DNA of 49,185 nt. It comes from Spongospora subterranea f. sp. subterranea. Lineage: Eukaryota. Positions 11,507 to 24,285 of this stretch are shown here, one piece after another (position 1 is the stretch's first letter; the number at the start of each line of letters is the position of its first letter). Position numbers and translations under genes: made by a program. Below the pieces are notes generated by a model. That model was not told where the DNA came from. It was given only the letters and a program-made list of their open reading frames with translations, and made no database searches. The stretch is taken from NCBI GenBank assembly GCA_049724395.1, contig JAUGWO010000146.1, positions 1-49,185 on the forward strand, written 5' to 3'.

Positions 11507-12810
11507 ATGACGACTTCAATGGGGGCCATCTTTCGGAAGCTGATCGCGGCAGCACCCGCCTGTTCAAATCATTGGCTGTGCCACAGGTTCACTTGTTGTT
11601 TCTAGTCAATTTTGTCTGTCCTGACTCGATTTCAACTTCAGCGTATACTGCAATGCTCGCTGAACGGGCCGGTGCCAAAGCTCTTTATGTATCAGGGTCA
11701 GGGGTTGCCACAGCATCGCATGGTCCTGCATGATTTTTTTTAACGCATTTAAATCTCAAAGCTGAATAGGTATCCCTGACCTCGGTGTTACTAATTTGAA
11801 CGATGTTGTTGAAGACGTACAACGACTGACAAGGTTTTTTTTCAAAATTGTAACCTTTGTCGTCATTTTATTTTTTTCCACAAATAGCTGCACTTCGGTG
11901 CCTATATTGGTCGACGTCGACACAGGATTCGGCAGCGCGTTCGGTATTGCACGAACAGTTCGAGAATTGGAGCGAGCCGGTGCTGCCGCAATTCACATCG
12001 AGGACCAGGAGGCCAATAAGAGGTGTGGGCATCGACCCAATAAGCAAATTGTGCCTATCGATGAAATGTGTTCGTCGCGATAATCGTCAGCAATTTCACA
12101 TATGCAATGACCATGCCGTAGGCGACAGAATTAAAGCTGCCGTAGATGCCCGGCGAGACCCGTCATTCGGTTGGCCTATTGGTTATATTTCGGCTGTTGC
12201 ACCACCAAATATCTCATCGTTCAGTTATTATGGCTCGGACCGATGCCTTTGCCAACGAAGGATTAGATGCTGCCATTGCTCGCTCGAAAGCTTATGCGGA
12301 AGGTTGGTATAGTTTGCGAGGTGGGATATTTTTTCTGACATTGCCAGAAAGCTGGCGCCGATATGCTTTTTCCTGAAGCATTAACATCATTAGAGCAATA
12401 TGCAAAGCTCACAAAAAGCCTGCCGAAGCTTCCCGTCCTGGCGAACATTACAGAATTTGGTATTTGATGAGTGACACCGGTGAATTCTCGATTTTTGATC
12501 ATGACCACAGGAGCAACTCCATTATTTTCGAAATCGGAATTGGCTACGGTCAATGTCGCCATGGTTTTATATCCATTAAGCATTCATCGCGCTCAAGCCA
12601 AAGCAGCCGAAATGGTGGTCAAGTCAATACTGGAGCATGGCCACCAAAAAGAAGTTGTGGAACTAATGCAGGTGTGGTAATGCGATATCCTAAAGTGGAT
12701 TGTCAATGATTGGCTTGCTTTGGCAGACGAGAAAGGAATTGTACGAAGCTTTAAACTACCAGCAATATGAAGATTACATCGACAGCCTTGCTTCGCGGTC
12801 CAAAGCGTAA
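11507..12810 (+). CDS. prpB: 2-methylisocitrate lyase (PrpB-type), 9 exons
   Basis: The spliced product reads [48 protein letters not shown] (PrpB-specific KRCGH), [23 protein letters not shown] and [17 protein letters not shown]. Eight ~50-nt GT-AG introns; one extra base near 11555-11558. Confidence 0.93.
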
Positions 12811-13329
12811 GCTTGATGTGCCCGAAAGCGGAAACTCTTCTACATACATAAACAATAATGTGAATATACTGTCAAAATGGTTTGTTTCGACGGAATTCAT
12901 ATCATTCAGACAGGTGGATGCGTCACAAAGTTGCCAATGGTATTTCTCGCCATCCTGTTTTACGTTTACCCTCGCCATGCCCTCAGTCTGAAGTGTACAC
13001 GGATTCGCCCCAAGGTTGCAGTCACTAGACTACACACACAGCGCGCGGCGATCAACGATACCCCACATGATCCGATCCATTCGTCGGGTGTAACATGGAC
13101 TAACAGCGAATGACGATCACGATACACACCTGTGCACGGTGTATGCTGCTGGTGTTCCGCCGTAAGTGGGAAGCACCTTCATGGGTATGTCTGTGTCTGA
13201 TAGCGGAATCTCAGATCTCATTGTGCATATATTAACGATCGTTCGTCTCGATTCGTGTGGAGCGGTCCGATATTTTTTGGGCTGATTCGTACCCGGACAG
13301 AGCGGGACATCCGTCGTCGTTTTGAGCGG

Positions 13330-15396
13330 ATGGGATCGTTTGAAAAGGCGCTGGTGCTGTGCCCTGAGAAGGGAATCAATCAGGCCGAGGTCGGCCTGAA
13401 GCACGTCAGTTACCTATCTTCTGTCCTGACCAAGGTCTCGACAATGGAGGATGAACATAACCAGAAGGTTGGACGCTTAGTCAGCGATTCGGTGTCTAAA
13501 TTGCACCCAACCGGAGATCAGCACGATGGCATGGCATCATTACATATCGCCATCATGGGAGCCCTTACAGCCATTCTGCAACTATGCAAACATAGGTCGG
13601 AAATGGCGAAACGTCTATCAGAACAAGTCGCTGAGGTAGGTTTCCCAGTTACGGTTTTCACATTCTTAACCTGATACCGCCGAAAAGCCGTTGGACAGGT
13701 TCTATAAACAAGGTTGCTCCAGGCTAAAGTCGTTATCTAAAAGAGAAAAAAGACGACCGAACTCAGTTAGAGTTGCAAAAAGCGGCAGTTCTCAAGCAAA
13801 AAGCGCAATGTTTGAGACTATTTGAGCAGAGTCAATCAGGATCGGTTGAGGAACCCAAAGCGCCGACGTCCCGGCTTTTCAAACTGGCAGGCACACTAGG
13901 TGCTCGTGGATTGACTGTTAATGAAGCAATTGATAAGCTAGATTCAGCTACAACTGCCTATGACGAGATGCTGGATTTCGCCACAAGCCTTCAAGATCGG
14001 TATGCCCCAATTTTGTTTCGAAGAAACTGTGTTTGGTAATTTATTTCGTGGATGTAGATACTTTAATACATGTCTACCAGAAGTTCTTTCTGGTGTAGAA
14101 TGTTTGGAAATGGATCGCGGAGCCATTCTGGTGAACCAATTAAAAATTGCATCCAACGAGTTTCAAATCCTTTCGGAAGCCACACAAAATGAGGCGATAC
14201 AATTCAAGTCGCTGTGCAACAACATCGACATTGCCAAAGATCTTGAGTCGCTAATCGATGAATCGGCAAAGTCAGAAATCAAATCACTATTTCATGCGTT
14301 TTTTTTAGTGCTGTTGCTCCATCGTCTTCCTTCTTTCAAGAATGTTTTTCTTTGGCAAGAAGAAATCCTCACGCTCTTTTGAATTGCTTTTGTCAATTTG
14401 TTACATTTGTTCTGATCAAATTCTGCCTACAGGTTCAGTCCATCCAGCCATACTAGAAGGCGATCGACGTTTCAATATGACCTTCCTATTAGCCCACCGA
14501 ACTCCATCTTCCGGTGTGTGAAATGTCACTACGATATAGGATAGTCTTATTAAGTGTACCTATGTTTGCCAGGAAGCCTCTTGCCGAACTTGTGCATGCT
14601 AACAATGATGGCCTCCCCGACCTAATGATGTGTCTTTGTCATAGATTAAGGGAATTACACGCCTTCACTAACGTGGAAGGTATTTTCCGAGTATCTCCTG
14701 ATAAGAGTCAGATATGCATCGTTAAACGGCAGGTTTGCTGCACATTGTACAAATTTATGCCAAGCTGATGGAATATATCTTCAATATGTTATTCACAAGA
14801 TAATTTGTTTGAAGTTACTGTGCTAGTTTGTGTTTCTTTGACACTCAATTTTCGCAGTTCAAGAGTTATCAACACTATTTCATTTCTATCGTAACTGTTA
14901 TTTGACAAACAGTTCTGGCAGATTGAATCTTGCGAGTCAATCGCCGGTGCGCTGAAGCTCGTTTCCGCACCTCATCTATTAGCTGCTGTTTTGAAAGATT
15001 GGCTTCGAGGATTACCGCAGCCATTAATCCCAGCGGAATGCTACAATGAGGCGCTGAGAATTGGTGGTGAAACCTCTGTTGAGCAAAAAGGTTCTTTGCG
15101 CACCCTTTGGCTGGCCTTGCCTAGGCCAAACCGAATCGTCCTGGCTGAGTTGAAATCCATCGTCGACGAGGTAGTTATAGAATCGCCCTAGTCAAATCGT
15201 TATTTCAATTCGGTGTCAGGTGAGCTCGAATACGGAAAGGACGAGAATGACGTCGTACAACGTTTGCGTCTGTTTAACGCCGGCCGTGGTGCGGACGCCA
15301 GATGCGTTGACGCCCAACGTAGCACTCTCCAACAGCAAATTAGAAGTGGCGTTTACCGTGGCGTTATTTGCTTCAGATGTACAATTCTTCAAGTGA
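13330..15396 (+). CDS. RhoGAP with an N-terminal F-BAR-like helical domain, multi-exon
   Basis: RhoGAP motifs VEGIFRVSP (arginine finger), [23 protein letters not shown] and [17 protein letters not shown]. The helical N-terminus has EQVAE|PLDRFYK. One extra A near 13739-13751; middle exon borders are uncertain. Confidence 0.8.
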
Positions 15397-15678
15397 TAAA
15401 TTTGTAACCGGATATTTATGGAATGAGCTCAATGGGGGCAAATAGAAGGTCAACTGTTCACGTGGTTTTTGTTGTAATCCATCCGGTTCACCATCGTTCT
15501 GGATGGGAGCCCCGTCTTTCACACGAAGTAGCTCCGGTCGAATATGATCGAGATCATCGCCGACCCTTTGTGCCCAATCTATCAGATTTTGCGGTCTGTA
15601 GTGGATGATGGGGTCCTGCCAGCGTTGAATGTCGATAGTTTCATTGACGGAAGCCTCATCTTGTGGACCCCGGCTCAA

Positions 15679-16165
15679 CAGCGTTGCGGACCGTCGTTCA
15701 AACGTTTTAAACAGAAAACGGCTTTACTCGTTAAAACGACACAGTAATAGAAACGGAATCATGGTCTCCGTTAAGGCTCCGAAGTAGCCAATTCTGAGGG
15801 TTTTGTCGACCATTTGAAGTTCACCATGGGACAGCCACCTTGTGCAGCGCGATCGCATTTCAAAAAAGCTCGAAGCAAAAGGACGAATCTAATGAAGATG
15901 CTGATGTGGTGCATCAGCGAATTTCCCAGGCACTGGAACCATTCCAGGTCCTGACCGCCGTCCGTTTCCTGATTCAGCTTTCCCAAAGGACGGATCGTCC
16001 AGGGTATCAAATCATGGTAAAATTCGTTGTGCGCAATTGCTCAACAACGTGTCTAATCAGTAAACACCACGTCTAATCAGTAAAAACAGGTTCGAAATGT
16101 AATACAAACGGAAAAACCGACATTCAAACGTTTCAAAAATCGCAGGTAGTTTTGACGCAACACTG
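15679..16165 (+). mobile_element. ~490-bp non-autonomous DNA transposon (hAT-like MITE), copy 1
   Basis: Ends cagcgttgcg ... cgcaacactg; flanks ggctcaa / ggctgaa form an imperfect TSD; a paralog lies immediately downstream. Confidence 0.65.
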
Positions 16166-16182
16166 GGCTGAATGCCGAAAAC

Positions 16183-16662
16183 ACTAGGGCTTGATATTTA
16201 TAAAACTTTCCAACGGCGTTTGAACGTTCAAATGTCGTTTTTTCCGTTTTTGATATTTTCAAATCGTTACTGCGATTTTACTGATCAGACACGTTGTTAA
16301 ACGTTTGCGCCAACGAACGTTTCCATGATTCGATCCCCTGGGCGATCCGTTCTTGGCGAAAGCTTGCCTGATTGAAATCAGGAAACGGACGGCGGTCAGG
16401 ACCTGAATTGGTTCCAGTGCCTTCAAAGACATGCTGATGCACCACACCAGCATATCTTCGATAGATTCGTCCTTTGGCTTCGAGCTTTATGAAACGCGAT
16501 CGCGCTGCACAAGCTGGGGGTCCCATGGCGATGGCTACTTCGGAGATTTAACGGAGAACGTGATTCTCGTTTTGCTGTGTTGGTAAAAAAACGCTTGAAC
16601 GCGGTTAAACGAGTAAAACGGTTTTCGTTCAAACCTTTTTTGAACGACGGTCATCAACACTG
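16183..16662 (-). mobile_element. Diverged second copy of the same MITE, inverted
   Basis: The reverse complement starts cagtgttgatgaccgtcgttcaaa and aligns along copy 1 (cttgtgcagcgcgatcgc, caggtcctgaccgccgtccgtttcctgatt, aacaacgtgtct(a/g)atcagtaaa). Confidence 0.7.
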
Positions 16663-17324
16663 CATATAGTACACTCTGTTTTTCTCATCATAATCTGTGT
16701 CACCTCATCGAGGTTCGTTCAACGCCCAACAGATCAGCTGTTCAGGTCCACAGAAGCTCCTACAGTCCCGAACAGTTGTTCGCTGACGTTCTTCGACCCT
16801 TACTCTTTGTTTTTGGTGGACGAGGCCTCGATGAGGGTGACAAAGTGTGGGAAACTGTTCGATCGTGGAGAACGACGCGTTGTGTCACCGGTACATCACT
16901 GATGGGAGAAGTGGATTTCAAACGGTTCTGTCCCATAATGCAGGAAATCATTGTCTACAGCGGCTCACAGAACAGCAGACGCGTGTTCTTCCTGGGGCTG
17001 GAAAAACTTACCAATCATGAAATGAAACTGGCACGACATCGTTTTAACCGCGTGCGCCATCGCTTGAAATCCACTTAGTGATGTACCGGTGCACAACGCG
17101 TCGTTCTCCATGAGCATCGCACGTGGGAGTTCATCTTTCCGGCGATGGCCACTCCGGGCGCCGTCGCTGCCATCACTCCAACGACCCAAATGCGCAAGAA
17201 TGCATCGGTGGCGATGTTCAGCAGGTTCGGTAAAAATCAAAACCATCTTTCTGGGAATGTCGGGAATCACAAGCACCGCTACGTGAAACAGGTTCGATCA
17301 AACTGTTAGGACTATATACTGTAA

Positions 17325-17475
17325 TGAAGGGAGAAATGACGAGGAAGCGCGGAGAGAAGAGTTAGAAGGACGGAAGAAGAGCGAGAAGGAAGGAAGAAAG
17401 TGGGACAGAGGGGTGAGAAGGAAGGAAGAAAGCGGGAAGAGGGGTGAGAAGGAAGGAGGAAGAGATAGAAGAGTG
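17325..17475. repeat. Purine (GA)-rich low-complexity tract
   Basis: Almost only A/G on the + strand, with a repeated agaggggtgagaaggaagga. Confidence 0.85.
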
Positions 17476-17619
17476 AAATATGGGAGAATTGATCATAATC
17501 TGGCCCTGCACGGTGTCGCGCTGCGTTATGCCAAATCAACAACGAAGCGAAAAACCGCATATAGGAATGGTAATCGGCCTCCAGACACTTCCCATCAGCT
17601 TTTTGGTAAGAATCGCGTT

Positions 17620-18060
17620 CGTTGTCCCGAAGATGGGCAGCGATATCGACTGGAAAACGTTCGGAATCCCTTGGAGATTCAATTATGGTGAGGATTTCAC
17701 CGCAGTCAATACTTGTTCCATGGACACGGCGCTGATCACAATATATTTGTTGAACAAGGACGCGGGTGTCACGGAAGCGAACGATGTCGACAACCTACGA
17801 ACGGTTCTCCGTTAGTATTGGAGACGAGGACTACGCCCAAGCAGGTCATGTGGTGTACAGTTGTGAATGAACGTCATCGGGAAAACATGACATGTGGGGC
17901 ATTGTCGAAGGCGCCGTCATTTCATTACTGCCCAGAATTGTTCATGGTCAGAGACAACCTGGGACACCTTATGTTCTTCCGATTTCTGTCCACATCCGCG
18001 CGACAACCGGCCTTGGCAAGCGTAGGACTATCTACAATGATTTCGTCACCGGAAAAATCG
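17620..18060 (+). pseudogene. Degenerate ORF with a cysteine-protease-like NTCSMDTAL motif, possibly transposon cargo
   Basis: IPWRFNYGEDFTAVNTCSMDTALITIYLL resembles the USP-fold Cys box. The frame is broken downstream. Confidence 0.3.
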
Positions 18061-18439
18061 ATAGGCAGCTGCAGGCGCCATCAAGATGCGTTCGATTCAA
18101 CCAAGCCGCACTCGATCGTATTTCGAGCAATGGACGGTCCTTGCGATAGGACGACGACGCGCACCGCTGCACCTTCCAATTCTCTGTACCGGATGGGGCA
18201 TTCGTTCCCGACACCAGTTCAGTGTACCGATTGAACGGGAAGAATCGGACGAGGATTCGACACGGTCCCAAAGTTACAGAGTGCAGAGGCCCTGGCACGA
18301 TTCAGAAACGGATCATGCCCAACGATCCACCTTTGCTGCTGTTGTCCCCGTCCCTTCGCTCACAGAACAGTGCGAAAATGAACCGTCTGATCGCATGAAG
18401 ACCAAATCGCCGTCTACGATTCGACTAGGCGAGTCAATG

Positions 18440-18720
18440 ATCAATGATCACGACCATTTGAGCGATGATATGTAGGTGAGGAATAACGACTACAGAAGTG
18501 GTCTAAAACGATCACAAATCCCACAGCAATATCCTCAATTGATCTACAGCTGTGGTCAGGTCGAATCCGACCTCATTATCGGTCCACCAAACACTTTTGT
18601 CGCGTCTGTGTTGCTTTTCACGAATAACCTGACTACGATCCATTGGTTTGTCATCGGTATGATATTGTCAACTGATCTGAGGATCATTACATCCCTGGGG
18701 ATTGTTTTCCGGCTCTCATG
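18440..18720 (+). repeat. Type-1 upstream module of the secreted-protein cassette (paralog of 30165-30450)
   Basis: gatcacgacca...taggtgaggaataa...cgatcacaaatcccacagc is shared; ORFs 18476..18721 and 30193..30450 are near-identical. Confidence 0.9.
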
Positions 18721-18838
18721 ACATGAGTGATGAGTTATCCCAGAGTGGTGTCGCCCGATAATCAGTCCCTGACGGAGTCCGTGCCGGAGTCCGTGTCGTC
18801 TGTGAGATCAAACCGCCTCCATACCGATATTGTATCAA

Positions 18839-19333
18839 ATGTCGCACATCGTTGGATCTATTTTTCTTCTCTTATTATTGCCCATTGCTTACTCCCAAAT
18901 GACATTGGATCTGTTCTTGAAAAAAAACCCTATTGATACCAGTCATATTTATCATCCAGACACATTGCCCATCTATAACCAACAGCGCGTGAATGTAAGG
19001 ATGATGAGAGATGCCTTCACTCAATTTTTGTGCCAGTGTTATTTTATTTACAAATACGGCTACCTGATGGATCGGGATGAATTGGAAAAAGCGCTCGGTG
19101 AATTTCATTGTCGGAATCGGTTTGAAATGTGCAAACAAGTTGTCGTGGTCGTCAATGGTTTTGGTGATGGCTTTCTTAAGTCTTCGACCGTGCAGGTTCC
19201 CATTCAAGAGTTCATGTGGACGGTCCGCGCTTCAAAAAGAAATTTCGATGAAGATCAAATCTCCCACATTATGGCGTCGCTCTTCTACTATCAAACATCA
19301 AACAGTCTGCCCAGATTCTGGGGCCGCGGCTGA
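18839..19333 (+). CDS. Small putative secreted protein, cassette family copy A (164 aa, intact, intronless)
   Basis: Signal-peptide-like MSHIVGSIFLLLLLPIAYS, conserved Cys positions and the family C-terminal motif IMASLFYYQTSNSLPRFWG. Confidence 0.75.
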   Translation: MSHIVGSIFLLLLLPIAYSQMTLDLFLKKNPIDTSHIYHPDTLPIYNQQRVNVRMMRDAFTQFLCQCYFIYKYGYLMDRDELEKALGEFHCRNRFEMCKQVVVVVNGFGDGFLKSSTVQVPIQEFMWTVRASKRNFDEDQISHIMASLFYYQTSNSLPRFWGRG

Positions 19334-20325
19334 TCAATGAGTATTCCCTGGATCAAGACCAGTCATTAGAATTGGCGCTTTTGACCGAAACCCGGTTTTT
19401 TATCCCATATTGAATACATCATATATTTATGATCCTATTCCTCAGTAGTTGTACTCAAAAACCGATTCCAAATCCCAACAGCAATATCCAGATCGACAGA
19501 GTTTCATCATCGTTCCACTTCAATCGATCATTCAGTCTATCTCCTAACTGGCAATATCTAAGAACCTAACGCCGCTTTGTGTTAGTGTGTCACCTGTTAT
19601 GATATTCCCAACAGATCTCAATGACCATAACTATCTGGGATTGTGCTGTTAATGGTCTTCTCCCGCTATTGACCAACATGAACGTGATAACCGTTCTCAA
19701 CAGTGTTAGAACTACCAACCTCTCAATGACAATCAAGTTTGAAGCGGCAATGGCGAACAGTCCATGATCGGATCTGGTATATTACAAGGGACCTGATATA
19801 TTTTGTTTGTATTCCTCGTCACGATTTGTCTGAAATAACTTGATTACTAGAGATAAATGTGACAATTCAGGATATTTGAAACAACGAAATAATGAGACAC
19901 AACGTGAAACCCGATGAATGAGTTTAAGGTGATGATCGCCATCATTGCTCAACTTCGATATCTCAGGTCATCAGATTTCCGACCCAATACGGATGGCGAT
20001 ATCAAATTTGTTTTCTTGGTTCTGCTGCTCAAACATTGATCAACAGTTTTGTCGAGATGGGTCTTCAGTGTGTGAGTTTACCAGGAAACGTCGTTCCTCA
20101 CCATTTTGGCTAAGCGACACATGGTCAAATCATCAAAAACCAAAGGACGTTATTCACGATGGCGTTCGTTTCATGACGAAACCAAACAAAGGGTGGTTTT
20201 ACAATCATGTTAATGTCCTTAGTCTGAAAGGCGATATTATTAATATTGTTGAACGTGTTCCTTGATATTCAGCAGACCATTCGATTGTCTGGTCAACCGA
20301 TTTGGCATCGTATAGCGTCACCTGT
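19334..20325 (+). repeat. Conserved ~1-kb downstream block of cassette A
   Basis: Near-identical to 31215-32335, 34960-35950 and 40707-41650, e.g. tccagatcgacagagtttcatcatcgttccacttcaatcgatcatt. Confidence 0.95.
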
Positions 20326-20329
20326 CTCA

Positions 20330-20713
20330 TCAAGGCAAAAACTGCGATGAAATTGCCCAAAATAGGCAAATTATTCGCATCGGTTTCGAGGGTGAATGGC
20401 TTTGAGGGGTCGTGCACCAAGATTGGAGCGGAAGTGAAAGCTTATTTCAAAGTCATGAATGCGTCTTCCTGTTCGCCTTTCCACTTGTAAACCGCATTCT
20501 TGCGAGTTAAAAGGGTCAACGGTCGCACGATTGTGGAGAAATTCTTAATGAACCGACAGTAAAGGCTGGCGGAAAGTGTCATTCAAAAAATGTTTCTAGG
20601 TAGCGGGGGCGTTGGTTAATCCAAACGGCATAACATTGAACTGAGAGTGTCCAAAAACAGTACGGAAAGCGTTTTTCCATTCGTCGCCCTTACGAACTCG
20701 CAAGATGTAATAC
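20330..20713 (-). mobile_element. Ty3/gypsy RT-RNase H relic (paralog of 35960-36365)
   Basis: [38 protein letters not shown] and APILVHDPSKPFTLETDA. Confidence 0.9.
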
Positions 20714-21236
20714 TGTAGTTTGGAACGCAGGGAGTAGTTAAAAATGCTGATAATCTCTGCGACTGTCGAGCGAACAAAAATTTCGCTGATCTCAGGTTTC
20801 CTGTGAAGTCTGATGACCGAGCGTACCAGGAGAGCCGATCCAGAAAAAGGTATAGATCTTGCCCTTGACTTCAAAGTCATGCGCAGCAATGATCCAGCAA
20901 TGGCACGTGTGAACAATATCAGGAGCTTAGAATTTGGGATCCAACCCGTTTGATTATGGCCACCCAATCGAGGGAGTTTCTCTCTCTCCTAAGCCGCATT
21001 CAACAAGGGTTCTGTGGAAGAACACACATCGTGGGCATCTTTTCCATCAAGCCGCCGCCAGCATGTTGTTTCGGTCGTGGAAATTCCGCCGCACTGCGTT
21101 GGTGCTGGGTTGTTTTATCAACAAGGTTTTGTCCGGAACAGAAACAATCGGTAGTCGCGGCGTAGCTGAGTCCGGGCGCGGAGTCCGTGACTGGTACTGG
21201 TCGCGACCATAGCTTTCCTGGTGTAACTGACCAGAA

Positions 21237-24236
21237 ATGGGTTGGACGGCCTCGATCAGAGATGCGCTCGTAGGCGGCCGCCCGCCATCTACGACGTCAT
21301 CCGATGCTGCACCGCCACTGGTTTTGAGCGCCTCGCCTACCCCAGTTCCAGAATCAGACCGCAATGATTCACGGGCTCCGCGATTTGAAACGTTCGATCC
21401 GACTGCCCTAGAACGAGGTATCATCGACATATTGTGCCAGCAAACCGGAGAATTTTTTTCTACAATCAACGCTCTAATCGACCCATTTTTGCTGATACGT
21501 TGAGCCTTTTCTTTAGGCTAATGTTTTCGTTTTGGTTTCAAAATCTTGTCGCAAAAATCTCATTTATCGATCCAGTACGATATGAGACACATATTTTTCA
21601 TAAGCTGCTCCCATGCACGCAGCTCAATTCTGTCCCGGGTAGGTGTCAAGGCAATTCGTGAACTGAACGAATCTCCTTTGGCGGATTCGGCACTACAGCT
21701 GATGAGGGACCAGGAGAGGACTAGGCAGGTCGAGACGCAAGCGGCTATGGAGGACCGCAGAAGGCACAATAATGAATTCGCCAAAACAGTAAGATTTAGT
21801 TTTGATGTATTGGCCTGTTGTCGTTGCGTTCCGTTTTTAGGGCAATGTCTTGTGTTCAAATCTATTTTCCAATTTGTTTACAGGCGCAAATGGAAATGGA
21901 GGAAATCCGGAAGCGCAACGAAGCTGAGCGTTTAAATGAGGAAAAACAGGCTGCTCTATATAAAGCCAAGATTCAGTCCAAACTTGATCAGCAAAAGCTC
22001 CAGGAGCAGCGTCAATACGATACCGAGCAACGGCAAAAGCAGGTATTCGACAAAGAATCGTTTTCAATTTGGGGATTCAGTTTGTTTTGCGGAGTGTACA
22101 TTTCCGTTCATCACTGATATTTCTACAGCATGAAATGTTTCTCCAACAAGAGGCCACGCGTAAAGCAAACGATGCCGAAATCGAAGCAGCGCGTTTAAAA
22201 GCGTACGAACGCCAAGCTCGTATTGACCAGGAGACCGTTCGTGTTCGTGAGGAAGCCGCTGCCACCGGGCGAATCCGGCAAGAACGTGACAACGAAGACG
22301 TATGAGTTCGTCAACGCCTGTAATGCCAATAAGCTCACATAATTCAGGTGGCCACTCGTCGGTCGGAAATGCAAAACGCAGCCACGCTGGCTGCTCGTTT
22401 AGAATCGATCCGCCTTCACTATCAGAATATCAACTCCATCGGGTCGTCTCTCAAAGATGCTCTGTCGGATCCGCAAAAATGCATACAGGGCGTAGCGCTT
22501 GTAACAGCGCTGTCGCTTGGGTTCTTTGGCGCCCGTAACGGCACTCAAGTTATTGGTGAGTTTGTTTTCCTCTGCTGTTCATTTTGACTTTAAAGAAAAA
22601 TTCGGGCACGGTGTATTTCTGCAATTGTTGGTTTTGAAAAAACGCTTGTACACACCACTGTTTGCAATTCTACAAGTTTGAGCTGGTTGTACTTTCATGC
22701 TGACAAGCGTCGATTAGGTAAATATATTTCGTCACGCCTTGGTCGTCCGCAGCTAGTACGCGAGACCTCGCGCACCAATTATCTTTCGCCTCGAACGTGG
22801 ATCCCTCCCTTCGGTGCGATGAGGTCGTCATTTCAGACGACACCAGCCGTCAAGGCCGTCGATCAGGTCCATAAACTTCGGTCTTGTTCGCGTCGTGAAG
22901 TCGTTTATCTTATTTTTGTCAGGTTGTTCTGTCGCCGTCGTTGCGTTCGCGTCTAACGTGGATAGCTGACGCCGCTCAATCGGCCACGATGCATCGGTCT
23001 CCATATCGCCATCTTCTCCTACATGGCCCACCAGGTAATTTGGCTACGAATTCTCCGAACCTCCAGTAGTTTCATGAATCATTATTTTCTCACGCGATTT
23101 CATGGCGCAAATGCTTACCTACATTGTCATTTGGGCAAGCGTAGTCAATGAGTGTTAACGTCGGCTATCTTTTAGGGACCGGCAAAACTCTTTTTGCACG
23201 AGCGCTTGCGGTGGATTCGGGCATGGATTATGCTATAATCTCTGGAGGGGATTTATCCCAATTGGTAATTACATCACGCTCGTTCTCCAATCGCAATCTG
23301 ACGCTCAGATTAGGGCAAAGCAGCCGTCACCGAATTACACGCATTGTTCGATTGGGCTGAAAAGTCCCCTCGAGGCGCCTTACTGTTTTTTGACGAAGCG
23401 GATTCATTCCTTCGCAAGGGCCGTGAAGACTCGCAAGTATATTTATGTTTGACATTTCCGTCTAATCACCCAATGCTCCATTTTCGAGTTTCACGATCTA
23501 CCAATTTTTTCGCTTCAACTCGTCTACAGTGTTTGTATTGGTGGTACCTCATGAAAATTCGTTTGCTTTATTCGGTGGACTTAATCCGCAACTCATACCA
23601 AAAGACTTTGGTCACTAGTAAATCCTCGAGAATTTAAATTTTTATTTTTTGATTTCAATCCCGGTTTCAAAACCATCCAGCTTCTTGGTATGTCAATTTC
23701 CTGATATCATGTTATGCGCTTAGGCGATGTCTGAGCAAGGTCGTCACGTTCTTTCTGCATTTTTGCAGCGAACAGGAACTGACTCGCGCAAGTTCATGAT
23801 CGTGTTGGCGTCCAATATGAACCTCGAGAGTTTTGACGACGCGGTCAAGGACAGAATCGATGAGTTTGTCGAGTTCGAGATACCCGATCATGAACAGCGA
23901 AAGCAGCTGCTCAAAATGTTCTTTGAGCGGTACGTTATTTTACAATTTTGGTTGTTCGTTTCACCAAAAAAAAAACACGACGACTGTTTTTCGTCGTCTT
24001 GATTTAAGCTTATTTAATGGGCTAATTCTAATGACGGGTTTCGTGGTTTTTTGGGCAAAGTGATTATTACAGTACATGTTTATGGAGCACAGCAAGTCAA
24101 ATTGAGCTGACACGGTTTTCGTCTGTTGTTTTCAATAATAAGTGATTCTATACAACATCATTCTCTCTCTATCTGAATCTAATTGTGTTCGTGGTGCAGA
24201 TATCTTGAGGTCGATTCCCGCACTGGTCCTATCCAG

Positions 24237-24285
<49 letters not shown>

